From assembly GCF_963921235.1 (NCBI RefSeq), contig NC_086109.1, forward strand, positions 4,838,001-4,902,000: DNA of 64,000 nucleotides, written 5' to 3'. Below the pieces are notes generated by a model. It did not search any database, had not been told where the DNA came from, and was given only the letters and a program-made list of their open reading frames with translations. Positions 24,218 to 36,129 of this stretch are shown in pieces (positions within the stretch are counted from its first letter, which is position 1; each line of letters opens with the position of its first letter). The DNA is from Mobula hypostoma. Taxonomy: Eukaryota. A program made the translations under genes and the position numbers.

Positions 24218-27200
24218 TGTTACGAGAATACACATAAAATTAAGATGTTTGCTGGCCTGGGCTAGCATCAGTGGCATCAGCAGTTGGTCTGCCACCTGCC
24301 CTCAGGGCAAGGAGAGATAAGGAACAATGGAGCAGCGTCTGGAGATGTGTAATGAAGGGATGTGGGAGAGAGAGCTGTCTGGAGCGGCTCCCCCCTTTGA
24401 ACCCTGAACTGTTTGAAGTGATGGACAGGCGATACCCCAGCAGGGGGATAAAAAGGGACAGGTTCGCTAAGACAGACACACACGCCACCCGAGGTAACGA
24501 GAACCTGGAAGCGGTGCGCCTCTCACGAGTGGGTGAGAAGTACCAGACAACGACCAGGGTGGAAAGGTACGATCAGCGGGAACCCGGTGTGTGTCCGCCC
24601 TTGCCTGGGTGCCGGGTTCACTGCAGAGGATCGACCGCATCTGGAGGAGGGGTCACAGTCGGTGACCTCAGGTGACATCACCAAGGACCCGCCCAAAAGC
24701 TGTTTGTGAGCCATCTCGCTGATCTGTGAGTGAAGCTGTTCTGAATGATCAGTTGTTCCTATTCTATCTCTCTCTTCCCCCACGTTGTCCATCGCCATGG
24801 CAACGATTACTGCGAACTGAACTGGACTGAACTTTGAGTCATTTTGAAATTTGGTCATTTACCCCTAGACAACGATAGAGCTTGATTGATGCTGTTATCT
24901 TAATTCTGTGCACATGTGCGTTTATCATCGCTGAACTGTTGCATTTATTATCCTTTCGATTACTGTGTTGCTCGTTTCTTTAATAAAACTTTCTTAGTTC
25001 TAGTACTCCAGACTCCAACTGAGTGATCCATTTCTGCTGGTTTGGCAACCCAGTTACGGGGTACGTAACATAAGTGGGGTTCTCATCCGGGATTTTGAAC
25101 GCTAAATTTGGGACGGAGTAAATTGATTGGGTTAAAATTCCCGAAAGAAAGAAAAGACAAACAGCAGAAATGGAGGTTGAGGAATTTATAAAGGCGCCGA
25201 CCTTGGAGGCATTAGAGGATGCCAGGAAATCGGAATTGATAGCTGTGGCCAAACGGGTGAATCTTGCTAAGGTGAAGTCGACAATGAGGAGAGAGGAGAT
25301 ACACAGAGCTATTGTAGAGCACTATGTATCTAAAGGTGTGTTTCCCCAAGGTGAGCTGGGGATGGTGTCTATTGAAAAACCTGCTGGAGACGCGGTACAG
25401 GTACAGCTTGAAAAACTGAGACTCGAGCACGAGTTCCGGGTACGGCAGTTAGAACATGAAGAGAGAGAGTTAGAAAGGCGGGAGAAAGAGAGAGAGTTAG
25501 AAAGGCGGGAGAGAGAGAAAGAGGTAGAAAGGCAAGAGAGAGAAAGACAGTTGGAGAGAGAAGAGAGAGAGAGGGACAGACAGTTGGAGAGAGAGGAGAA
25601 ACAGAGGGAAAGGGAATTTGAGCTGGAGAAGTTAAAGATAAGGGCCGAGCAGGGGCTCGTGCCGAACCAAGGTGGAGGGTTCCGGGCGACCCAGGAGGTT
25701 AGGCTGGTTCCCCCATTTGACGATACCGACGTGGATCGGTACTTTCTCCACTTCGAAAAAGTGGCTATAAGTCAGGACTGGCCGAGGGATAAGTGGGTTG
25801 TTTTACTTCAGAGTGTACTGAAAGGGAAGGCCCAAGAAGCTTACTCAGCTTTGTCCGCGGAAGATGCCCAGAGGTATGAGGTGGTGAAAGAGGCCATCCT
25901 CAGGATTTATGAGTTGGTCCCGGAGGCATACCGGCAGAGGTTCCGGAATGCGAGGAAGCAGTGGGACCGCACGTATTTGGAGTTTGCCCGTGAGATGCAA
26001 ACATATTGTGAGCGTTGGTGCGCCTCGAAAGGGGTAGAGGGGGATTATGACAGACTGCTGCAGCTGATTCTGATTGAGCAGTTTAAAGGTTGTGTCCCTG
26101 AGGGTATGAGACCCTACCTCGATGAGAAAGAGGCAGCCACGTTAGCCGCAACTGCTAAGTTAGCGGATGAGTATGCATTGACGCATAAAATGAAGGTTGC
26201 CCCGAGTAAAGGCTACCAGAAGGGTAGTCAGGACGGCGGGGAGAGTCCGCCGGAAAAGTCGGAATGTAAGCCGGGGACTAGTGAAAAGGATAAGGTAGAC
26301 CGGGAGCAGTCTGGTAGGAAATCTCCTGGGGTCGTCTGTTATAATTGTGGGAAAGCCGGACACTTTGCGTCCAGGTGCTTTGCCCCAAGGAAGGAGACGG
26401 GGAAAGGAAAAGCGGAAATTTGGAATGGCTGTATCGAGCTGTTAAGCGAACCGCTAGGGAAGGACAGGTCTGAAAAAGTCCAGGAAGGGCGCGAGAGGTT
26501 TATCTCGGCCGGACTGGTGTCAGTGAAGGAGAGGTTAAAACCAGTTCCAGTGCGGATCTGGAGAGACACGGGAGCGTGTCAGTCACTAATACTGAAGAGT
26601 GTATTAGAGTTTAGCTCAGAGACCCAGACTGGGGAGGTAGAGGTCAAAGGTGTTGGGGAAGGGACAGAGTCAGTCCCTTTGCACCAGATACACTTACAGA
26701 GCAACCTGGTCTCTGGACTAGTCACGATCGGGGTGAGGTCCGAATTACCGATGAAAGACGTGGAAGTCTTGCTCGGTAATGACATCGCCGGAGGAATCAT
26801 GTTCCCAGTCGTGAGATTGACAGGTCAGCCTGCCAGCATTGAGGCCCCGCCCGCGACAGTGAATTTAGCTGAAACATTTTTGCCAACCTTGTACGAGAAG
26901 GGGGTAGAAAATGGAAAGAAAGAGGGTAGTGAGACAAGTGGTAGTGAGGGAGCTGGGACGGACGTAGCAGTAGCCGGGAAAGAATTTGTGCAGACGCAGG
27001 AGCGAGACGAGGGGCTGATGGTTTTTGCAGAGACAGCTCTCTCTGACACAGCCTTGACAAGGGAACTAGTAGGCTATTGTGCGGATGAGGAAGTGCTAAG
27101 GAAGAAAGGGAAATCAAGGACAGTATCCGCAGATGAGGAGTGGGGGGTGGTGCAAAAGAGTTATGGGGATGAGGTTTTTAAAATGGCCCACGGGGTACCC

Positions 27201-29114
27201 CCCGGTGGACATTTTGCGGTGCTGGAGGAAACAGTTGGTGGAATCATGAAAGAGATTTACCGGCTGCCCAGGGGGAAGAATGTTATTGATCATGACCGAC
27301 GCGAACTGAGACGGTCACCGGCTTTTGATATGCTAACAAACCTAGTCGGTGTTAGCGTGGAAATCAATGAAGCTAGGGGCCCCTTGATAAGAGGAAAAAA
27401 CCATTTTGAAAAGATTAGGATGGGATCGGTCAGATGGGAGAAGGCTATTGTTTTGGCCAGGTCTACTGATAAGGTCTCTCCCTTAATCCCCGAACAAAGC
27501 GAATCTTTAGAAGGAGTAATTAAACGACTCGCACCTATGTGTTTGATTGTCCCGAGGAAATGCAAAGAACTGGGACGTTGGGTGATTGTGGTTACAATAG
27601 GGCAGCCAAGTAAACAACACCCATATTTTTCGAGTAATTCAGTGACTAAAGGGCTGATGAACACAGAGGTGTGTATTGGCAATTTAATACGGCTGTCTGA
27701 AGCCAGTTTGATAGTGAACCTTGAAAAAAATGAATTCGGCCACACAAGGGTCACTTACCTGGGAATTGTGGTGACACAGGGGCAGCTGGCAGTGATGCAA
27801 GCTACAGTGCAGGCTATCGCTGACCTCCCAACCCCGACAGACAAGAGGGCCCTCGGAAGGCTTTTGGAGATGGTGGGGTACTGCAGGAAGTTTTGCAATA
27901 ACTCTGCGGTCAATACCCGTCCCCCTCCTACTAAGCCCTTGCGAGAGAAAATTGAGTCGGAATGGGACGACCCTTGTTGTTGTGGTCCGGGACAAAACCA
28001 AATGAGAGGTTACATTGGTCGCAATTCATCAGTGTTTTTGGCCACTATGAAGTTTGCTGAGTTGGAGCCTGGTCTAAGGGATTATTAATAACACGTGTAA
28101 AAGGAACAGAAAATGTGATGACTGTCTGTCAAGGTGTTGACAGCTTCAAACTCGCTGTGTTAGCCAAATAGCTGATAAAGATGTATATTGTGTATGTATC
28201 AAATAATGTAGTCATGTTTGTAATTTTTACCTCCCGGTAAAAATCCTTAAAGGGGGGAAGTGTTACGAGAATACACATAAAATTAAGATGTTTGCTGGCC
28301 TGGGCTAGCATCAGTGGCATCAGCAGTTGGTCTGCCACCTGCCCTCAGGGGAAGGAGAGATAAGGAACAATGGAGCAGTGTCTGGAGATGTGTAATGAAG
28401 GGATGTGGGAGAGAGAGCTGTCTGGAGCGGCTCCCCCCTTTGAACCCTGAACTGTTTGAAGTGATGGACAGGCGATACCCCAGCAGGGGGATAAAAAGGG
28501 ACAGGTTCGCTAAGACAGACACACACGCCACCCGAGGTAACGAGAACCTGGAAGCGGTGCGCCTCTCACGAGTGGGTGAGAAGTATCAGACAACGACAGG
28601 GGTGGAAAGGTACGATCAGCGGGAACCCGGTGTGTGTCCGCCCTTGCCTGGGTGCCGGGTTCACTGCAGAGGATCGACCGCATCTGGAGGAGGGGTCACA
28701 GTCGGTGACCTCAGGTGACATCACCAAGGACCCGCCCAAAAGCTGTTTGTGAGCCATCTCGCTGATCTGTGAGTGAAGCTGTTCTGAATGATCAGTTGTT
28801 CCTATTCTATCTCTCTCTTCCCCCACGTTGTCCATCGCCATGGCAACGATTACTGCGAACTGAACTGGACTGAACTTTGAGTCATTTTGAAATTTGGTCA
28901 TTTACCCCTAGACAACGATAGAGCTTGATTGATGCTGTTATCTTAATTCTGTGCACATGTGCGTTTATCATCGCTGAACTGTTGCATTTATTATCCTTTC
29001 GATTACTGTGTTGCTCGTTTCTTTAATAAAACTTTCTTAGTTCTAGTACTCCAGACTCCAACTGAGTGATCCATTTCTGCTGGTTTGGCAACCCAGTTAC
29101 GGGGGTACGTAACA
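24218..29114 (+). mobile_element. Non-autonomous Gypsy/Gmr1-like LTR retrotransposon, copy B, inserted in a CR1
   Basis: LTRs 24218-25070 and 28261-29114, about 5 differences by eye; TSD GGAC; PBS-like 25075-25100; PPT ends at 28260. Confidence 0.95.
25170..28088 (+). CDS. Gag-protease-degenerate Pol polyprotein of copy B (972 aa)
   Basis: Uninterrupted ORF with the same domains as copy A. Confidence 0.9.
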   Translation: MEVEEFIKAPTLEALEDARKSELIAVAKRVNLAKVKSTMRREEIHRAIVEHYVSKGVFPQGELGMVSIEKPAGDAVQVQLEKLRLEHEFRVRQLEHEERELERREKERELERREREKEVERQERERQLEREERERDRQLEREEKQREREFELEKLKIRAEQGLVPNQGGGFRATQEVRLVPPFDDTDVDRYFLHFEKVAISQDWPRDKWVVLLQSVLKGKAQEAYSALSAEDAQRYEVVKEAILRIYELVPEAYRQRFRNARKQWDRTYLEFAREMQTYCERWCASKGVEGDYDRLLQLILIEQFKGCVPEGMRPYLDEKEAATLAATAKLADEYALTHKMKVAPSKGYQKGSQDGGESPPEKSECKPGTSEKDKVDREQSGRKSPGVVCYNCGKAGHFASRCFAPRKETGKGKAEIWNGCIELLSEPLGKDRSEKVQEGRERFISAGLVSVKERLKPVPVRIWRDTGACQSLILKSVLEFSSETQTGEVEVKGVGEGTESVPLHQIHLQSNLVSGLVTIGVRSELPMKDVEVLLGNDIAGGIMFPVVRLTGQPASIEAPPATVNLAETFLPTLYEKGVENGKKEGSETSGSEGAGTDVAVAGKEFVQTQERDEGLMVFAETALSDTALTRELVGYCADEEVLRKKGKSRTVSADEEWGVVQKSYGDEVFKMAHGVPPGGHFAVLEETVGGIMKEIYRLPRGKNVIDHDRRELRRSPAFDMLTNLVGVSVEINEARGPLIRGKNHFEKIRMGSVRWEKAIVLARSTDKVSPLIPEQSESLEGVIKRLAPMCLIVPRKCKELGRWVIVVTIGQPSKQHPYFSSNSVTKGLMNTEVCIGNLIRLSEASLIVNLEKNEFGHTRVTYLGIVVTQGQLAVMQATVQAIADLPTPTDKRALGRLLEMVGYCRKFCNNSAVNTRPPPTKPLREKIESEWDDPCCCGPGQNQMRGYIGRNSSVFLATMKFAELEPGLRDY

Positions 29115-30198
29115 GGACATAAAGATCCTAGCCAGAGGCTCAGCAATCTCTTCCCTCGCCTTGTGGAGCAGCCTGGGGAATATTCCGTCAGGCCCTGGGG
29201 ACTTATCCATCTTAATGTATTTTAACAACTCCAACATCTCCTCTCCCTTAATATCAACATGCTCCAGAACATCAACCTCTCATATTGTCCTCACCATCAT
29301 AAAATCTAAGGGATAAAATTGGTCCCTTAAGAGAATCAGAGTGGACAGCTATGTGTGGAACCAAAAGAGATGGGGGAGGTTTTGAACAATTTCTTTTCTT
29401 TGGTATTCACTGAGGAGAAGGATATTGAATTGTGTAAGGTAAGGGAAACAGGTAGGGTAGTTACGGAAACTATGATGATTAAAGAAGAGGAAGTATTGGC
29501 TCTTTAAAGGAATATAAAAGTGGATAAGTCTCCGGGCCCTGACAGGATATTCCCTAGGACCTTGAGGGAAGTTAGTGTAGAAATAGCAGGGGCTCTGACA
29601 GAAATATTTCAAATGTCATTAGAAATGGGGATGGTGCCGGAGGATTGGCGTATTGCTCATGTTGTTCCATTGTTTAAAAGGGGTTCTAAGAGAAAACCTA
29701 GCAATTATCGGCCTGTAAGTTTGACGTCAGTGGTGGGTAACTTAATGGAAAGTATTCTTAGCGATGATGTATAATTATTTGGATAGACAGTCTGATTAGG
29801 AACAGTCAACATGGATTTGTGCGTGGAAGGTCATATTTGACAAATCTTATAGAATTTTTTGAAGAGGTTATTAGTTGACGAGGGTAAAGCGGTGGATGTT
29901 GTCTATATGGATCAGTAAGGCCTTTGACAAGGTTCCACAGGGAAGGTTAGTTAGGAAGGTTCAATTGTTAGGTATTAATATTGAAGTAGTAAAATGGATT
30001 CAACAGTGGCTGGATGCGAGGCGCCAGAGAGTAGTGGTGGATAACTGTTTGTCAGGTTGGAGGCCGGTGACTAGTGGTGTGGCTCAGGGATCTGTACTGG
30101 GTCCAATGTTGTTTGTCCTATACATTAATGATCTGGATGATGGGGTGTTAAATTGGATTATTAAGATGCGGATGATACTCAGATAATGTGGTATTGTG

Positions 30199-31360
30199 CA
30201 ATGGTCCCCAACCACCAGACCGCGAGGAAGCGATATCATTTGGCGATAGGAGTCAGCTGCACCTTTCCTCATTCCCTGACACGCCCACTGTTGAGCCATT
30301 ACGCATGCGAGGTCATTACCTGCGCATCATCCATTTCAGCGCGGGAAGTAGATCAACTCCTCGAGCTTGCAAATGATGGCGGGCTGGAAAATATGTTTGA
30401 CATAACATCTCTGCCGGCATTCTGGATCAAAGTCAAGGCTAAGAATCCTGAGATAGCCACGAAAGCACTGAAAATGTTGCTTCCATTTCCAACATATCTC
30501 TGCAGTGAATGCAATGAAAACTAAATTGCAGAATAGACTGGACATAAGGAACCCCCTTCGAGTATCGATGTCTCCCATCACCCCTCGATGGCACCGTCTT
30601 GTTGCAGGAAAACAAGCCCAGGGCTCCCATTGATTCAGCGATATTGGTGTATTGCAATGATTTTATATGTTCATACCGGGAAAATATGCGCTGCATGTTT
30701 AATATCCAAACGTTACTTAAAATGTTATGATGCTGTTGACTTATATAACCATATAACAATTACAGCATGGAAACAGGCCATCTCTCCCCTTCTAGTCCGT
30801 GCTGAACGCTACTCTCACCTACTCCCACTGACCTGCACTCAGCCCAAAACCCTCCATTTTTTTCCTGTCCATATAGCTATCCAATTTTTCTTTAAATGGT
30901 AATATCGAACCTGCCTCTACCACTTCTACTGGAAGTTCGTTCAACACTTACTTCAAGCTCCCTTGATAATTGACTTATCACTACATTCATGCCAGGACAA
31001 TATGCACTGTGTGTTTAATATTAAATTCATTAGATAAACCCTTTTAGAAATGAAATTGAGTGTATTAGCCACTTATCACCGATATTCCGGTCGTGATTAA
31101 CATCCCCTCCCCCCCCGAACAGAATTGCCAAAAACGATTTGTAGAAAAAAATCGTACACACATGTGCAAGTCATGCATGCGCGCTGGTGCCCGCGCAAGG
31201 CTTCATGGTAATTGTAGTCTTTTTCGGGGTAAAGGCAACGTATTTGACTGCTACTCTTGTCCGTTGGCAACCCTACCACCACCAACCTCGGTCGGCCGGT
31301 CCGCAAGAATATTGTCAATATGAAACCGGTCCGCAGTGCGAAAAAGGTTGGGGACCCCTG
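30199..31360 (+). mobile_element. Non-autonomous hAT (Buster/Charlie-type) element, copy 1
   Basis: Ends CAATGGTCCCCAACC / GGTTGGGGACCCCTG; transposase C-terminal remnant (FWIKVKAKNPEIATKALKMLLPFPTYLC...KQAQGSH); degenerate 8-bp TSD GTATTGTG/GCACTGCG. Confidence 0.88.
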
Positions 31361-32236
31361 GCACTGCGGATAATGAAGTAAGCTTTCAAAGCTTGCAGAG
31401 AGATTTAGGCCAGTTAGAAGAATGGGCTGAAAGATGGCAGATGGAGTTTAATGCTGATAAGTGTGAGGTGCTACATTTTGGTAGGACTAATCAAAATAGC
31501 ACATACATGGTAAATGGTAGGGCATTGAAGAATACAGTAGAACAGAGGGATCTAGGAATAATGGTGCTTAGTTCCCTGAAGATGGAATCTCATGTGGACA
31601 GGGTGGTGAAGAAAGCTTTTGGTATGCTGGCCTTTATAAATCAGAGCATTGAGTATAGGAGTTGGGATGTAGTGTTAAAATTGTACAAGGTATTGGTAAG
31701 GCCAAAGTTGGAGTATTGTGTACAGTTCTGGTCACCAAATTATAGGAAAGATGTCAACAAAATAGAGAGAGTACAGAGAAGATTTACTAGAATGTTACCT
31801 GGGTTTCAGCACCTAGGTTACAGAGAAAGGTTGAACAAGTTGGGTCTTTATTCTTTGGAGCGTAGAAGGTTGAGAGGGGACTTGATAGAGGTATTTAAAA
31901 TTATGAGGGGGATAGACAGAGTTGACGTGGATAGGCTTTTTCCATTGAGAGTAGGGGAGATTCAAACAAGAGGACATGAGTTGAGCATTAGGGGCAAAAG
32001 TTTAGGGGTAACACAAGGGGTAACTTCTTTACTCAGAGAGTGGTAGCTGTGTGGAACGAGCTTCCAGTAGAAGTGGTAAAGGCAGGCTCGATATTGTCAT
32101 TTAAAGTAAAATTGGATAGCTATATGGACAGGAAAGGAATGGAGGGTTATGGGCTGAGTGCAGGTCGGTGGGACTAGGTGAGAGTAAGCATTCAGCATGA
32201 ACTAGAAGGGCCGAGAAGGCCTGTTTCCATGCTGTG

Positions 32237-33782
32237 CAGGTTTCCCCCGCCATCCGAAGGTAGAGCGTTCCTATGAAACAGTCCGTAAAGCGAAATCTCG
32301 TAAAGCGAAGAAGCAATTACCATTTATTTATATGGGAAAATTTGTGAGCGTTCGCAGACCCAAAAATAACCTACCAAATCATGCCAAATAACACATAAAA
32401 CCTAAAATAACATTAACATATAGTAAAAGCAGGAATGATATGATAAATACACAGCCTATATAAAGTAGAAATACCTTCCCACAATCATTATTGAACTGTT
32501 CTCCGGAGCAAAAATCTCACGCAAGCGCTGTCGGCAGAAATTCTCACGCAAGCGCTGTTGGCAAAAACACGTGCAAGCGCTCTCCAGTAACCTTTAAGCT
32601 ATGAAGCTGCCAAATCATACCTAATAACACGTAGAAATACACAGCCGATATAGAGTAGAAATAATGTATGTACAGTGTAGTATCACTTACCGGAACTGGT
32701 TCAGCACCGAGCATACTGATGATGGTGTGTTAAGACTGAGTCGTCAGAGTCTGGGTGGTGCAGTGGCCCCCGCCCACCCTCCAGGCCGCTGAGCAATACA
32801 TTGCCGCGAAGAACGCAGGGGTCCAGCGGTTGCCAGGAGGTACACAGCACATCTTTAAGAAAAAAGCCGAAACAAACATGCTAATTAATTAGGTGCCACC
32901 CGTAATTGTCGGCCCAGATCAGTGCCGATTTCCCATTGCGTTGTCTCTGATCTGGGCCGACAATTACGTGTCGGTGGCACCTAATTAATTAGCATGTTTA
33001 TTTCGGCTTTTTTCTTAAAGATGTGCTGTGTGCCTCCCGGCTACCTTTGCATTCTCCACAAATCGGTATCTGTCCGTGGCCTGGGGGTTCGGGTGGTGGG
33101 ACACTGGGGTGTCATCTCGTCGCCTGTTTCCATTAGAGCAGGCAGCTCATCTTCTTCTATCTCTGCCTGCCTCGATGTCGAAGGTCGAGGTTCGTCGTCT
33201 GCTGTGGCTGATGTGGAAGGCTTGCTTGACTGCTGAGCCTCGCGCATTTTTCTATCACACAGTTCATTAATAAGGACTCAAACCATCCTGTAAATATCTC
33301 CTAAACCGACGTACCCTTTCAAAATTAAAGTCGTATTTTATCATTACTCATTCGGTTTCGATTGTTATCCTTTCTTCTTCCGATTGAATCAGCTCTTCAT
33401 CTGTCAGTTCTTGGTGATGGAATGCCAAAACCTCTTCAACTTCATCTTCATCAACCTCCACAAGCCAAACTCACGTTGTCCTTACTTCGTTCACCACGTT
33501 CAAAACGCTTAATTATGTCTAGTTTTACCGTAAGTGTAACACCCTTACAGGCTCTTTCAGGCTTTTCCGATACCATAGAACTCATCTTGTAAACGGCTGC
33601 TCACAGGCTCGTGTTTAAGCAATGCCGGTGAGAATCCAGGGGAGAGTGGCTGCTCGGGGCGCGCTGAATTTTTTTTCATAACAGTGAAAACACCTTCTGA
33701 AAGCCAAAATAGGGTACTAATGTAGATCTTTCGTAACAGAGAGGTTTCGTAAAGCGAACATTCGAAAAGCGGGGGACACCTG
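32237..33782 (-). mobile_element. Tigger/pogo-like non-autonomous DNA transposon
   Basis: TIRs CAGGT(T/G)TCCCCCGC; TA-site insertion in the CR1 tail; subterminal CGTAAAGCGAA repeats; acidic transposase C-terminal remnant (VDEDEVEEVL..HQELTDEELIQ) on the minus strand. Confidence 0.82.
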
Positions 33783-35186
33783 TAATTGTTATATGGTCAT
33801 CAAGTTTCCTCTCATTGGTGAATACTGAAGAGAAGTATTCATTGAGGACCTCGCTCACTTCCACAGCCTCCAGGCACATCTTCCCACCTTTATTTTCTAA
33901 TCAGTCCAACCTTCACTCCTGTCATCCTTTTTTCCTTCACATAATTGAAGAATACCTTGGGGTTTTCCTTTACCCTACCCACCAAGGCCTCCTCATGCCC
34001 CCTTCTTGCTCTTCTCAGCCCCTTCTTAAGCTCCTCTCTTGCTACCCTATATTCCTCAATAGACCCATCTGATCCTTGCTTCCTAAACCTCATGTATGCT
34101 GCCTTCTTCCACCTGACTAGATTTTCCACCTCACTTGTCACCCATAGTTCCTTCACCCTATTCTTTATCTTCCTCACAAATTTATCCCTAACATCCTGCA
34201 AGAGATCCCTAAACATCGACCACATGTCCATAGTACATTTCCCTGCAAAAACATCATCCCAATTCACACCCACAAGTTCTAGCCTTATAGCCTCATAATT
34301 TGCCCTTCCCCAATTAAAAATTTTCCTGTCCTCTCTGAATCTGTCCTTTTCCATAATGCTAAAGGCCAGGGAGCAGTGGTCACTGTCCCCCAGATGCTCA
34401 CCCACTGGGAGATCTGTGACCTGACCCGGTTCGTTACCTAAAACTAGATCTAGTATGGCATTCCCCCAGTCGGCCTGTCAACATACTGTGACAGGAATCC
34501 GTCCTGGACACAGTTAACAAACTCTGCCCCGTCTAAACCCTTGAAACTAATCAGGTGCCAATCAATATTAGGGAAGTTAAAGTCACCCATGATAACAACC
34601 CTGTTACTTTTGCACCTTTCTAAAATCTGCCTCCCAATCTGCTCCTCGGTATCTCTGCTGCTACCAGGGGGCCGATAGAATACTCCCAATAGAGTAACTG
34701 CTCCCTTCCTGTTCCTGACTTCCACCCATAATGACTCAAAAGAGGATCCTGCTACATTACCCAACCTTTCTGTAGCTGTGATAGTATCCTTGACAAGTAA
34801 CACCACCCCTCCTCCTCTCCCCCACCCATCCCTTTTAAAGCACTGAAATCCAGGAATATTGAGAATCCATTCCTGCTCTGATGTCATTCCTGAATCCATT
34901 CTTGAATCTGATGAATAAAAAGTCCCTACATTAATCAGTACAAATTGTACAAAATGATAAGAAGCATAGATTGTGTGGACAGGGTATCGAAAAAGGCTTT
35001 GATAAGGTTTGTCTTCATAAGGCAAGGCATTGAGTTTAAGAGCTGCAACTGTGCAAGAGAATGTTTAAACCACATCTGGACTGGTGTGGAGACACAAGAT
35101 TCTGCAAATGCTGAAAATTTTGATCAATACGCACAAAATGCTAGAAGAACTCAGCAGGTCAGGTAGCATCCATGGAAAAGAGCAAA

Positions 35187-35224
35187 TAGTCGATGTTTCG
35201 GGCCGAGACTCTTCATCAGGACTG
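35187..35224 (-). ncRNA. Minimal type I hammerhead ribozyme motif in a Penelope pLTR (best-preserved copy)
   Basis: Minus strand reads CAGUC-CUGAUGA-AGAGUCUCGGCCC-GAAAC-AUC-GACUA: conserved core, stem I and stem II. Confidence 0.65.
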
Positions 35225-35552
35225 GAAAGGAAAGATTTCCAGAATAAGAAGGTTACAGGAGGGGAAAGAGTACAAGCTGGCATAGTTGAAACCAGGTGAG
35301 GGGGAGAGTGGGTGGGTGGGGAAGGGAGGAATGAAGCCTTCTTGTACAGTTGCTGGACTAGCAGGGTGGAGTACAAGCTGACAGGTGATAGGTGAGACCA
35401 GGTGAGGAGGAAGATAAGATAGCATCATTTTAGAGGCAACCAGGCAGGCACGTGACCAGGCAAGTAATAGGTCGTATGCAAGCAACTATTTGGTTTAAAT
35501 TTGCATGATGGTTGGCACAGGCACGATGGGTCAAAGGGCCTGTTCCTCTGCT

Positions 35553-35660
35553 GTACTATTGTATGTTCTGTATGTACTATATGTACTCTACTGTATGTAT
35601 TATTCTACATACTGTATGTACTATATGTACTCTACTGTATGGACTATTCTACATACTGTG
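35553..35660. repeat. Degenerate (TACTGTATG)n-type minisatellite
   Basis: Visible repeats of TACT(A/G)TATG and TATTCTACATACTGT. Confidence 0.75.
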
Positions 35661-36129
35661 CAAAAAGTCTTGGGCATCCTAGCTACACACACGTGCCTAA
35701 GACTTCTACACACACTGTACACATCACCATATACAACCCCGAGGTCACAACACCCCTGCAGTACAGCCCTCAAGTAAACAATGCAAAGTATCTGCTTTCT
35801 GGTTTGTGTTGTTTTAAAACATAAAACAAACTGCACATTAGCTGCACCATAAAAAGAAGAATACTACTGCAACTGGCACCAAATCCACAGATCATAGGTC
35901 CCAGACCAGGTCTTGGACTGAGGAGCTCTGTTTCCAAGGGTGGTGGAAGCCAAACCACAAGATATATTTAAGATAAGAAACCATAAATTATTTTTATTTT
36001 TTAATTTAGAGATACAGCATGGTTACAGGTCCTCCTGGCTGAACAAAGCAGCACTGTCCGATTACACCCATGTAACTAATTACCTACGAACAAACAATGC
36101 AATTAGTACCCTGTGGTCAGGGCGGATAC

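Larger units (their letters stand above)
29301..33797 (+). mobile_element. 5'-truncated CR1 LINE inserted into the minus-strand CR1, itself interrupted twice
   Basis: ORF pieces KSPGPDRIFPR, NYRPVSLTS, QGSVLGP, WQMEFNADKC, LRGDLIEVFK; 3' tail GCTGT[A]ATTGTTATATGGT. Confidence 0.9.
22761..34885 (-). mobile_element. Decayed CR1 LINE (ORF2 EN+RT) split into 22761-24217, 29115-29300 and 33798-34885
   Basis: RT motifs KFADDTK, NYRPVSLTS, DFTKAFDKV; endonuclease motifs GVFYRPP, MGDFNFPNIDW, GDSDH; (ATGTTCT)n-type tail at 22761; sequence resumes across both inserts. Confidence 0.9.

Noticed and set aside
30186..30630. ZBED/Buster-like host gene
   Set aside because: Only a frameshifted transposase C-terminus between TIRs, present in two copies.
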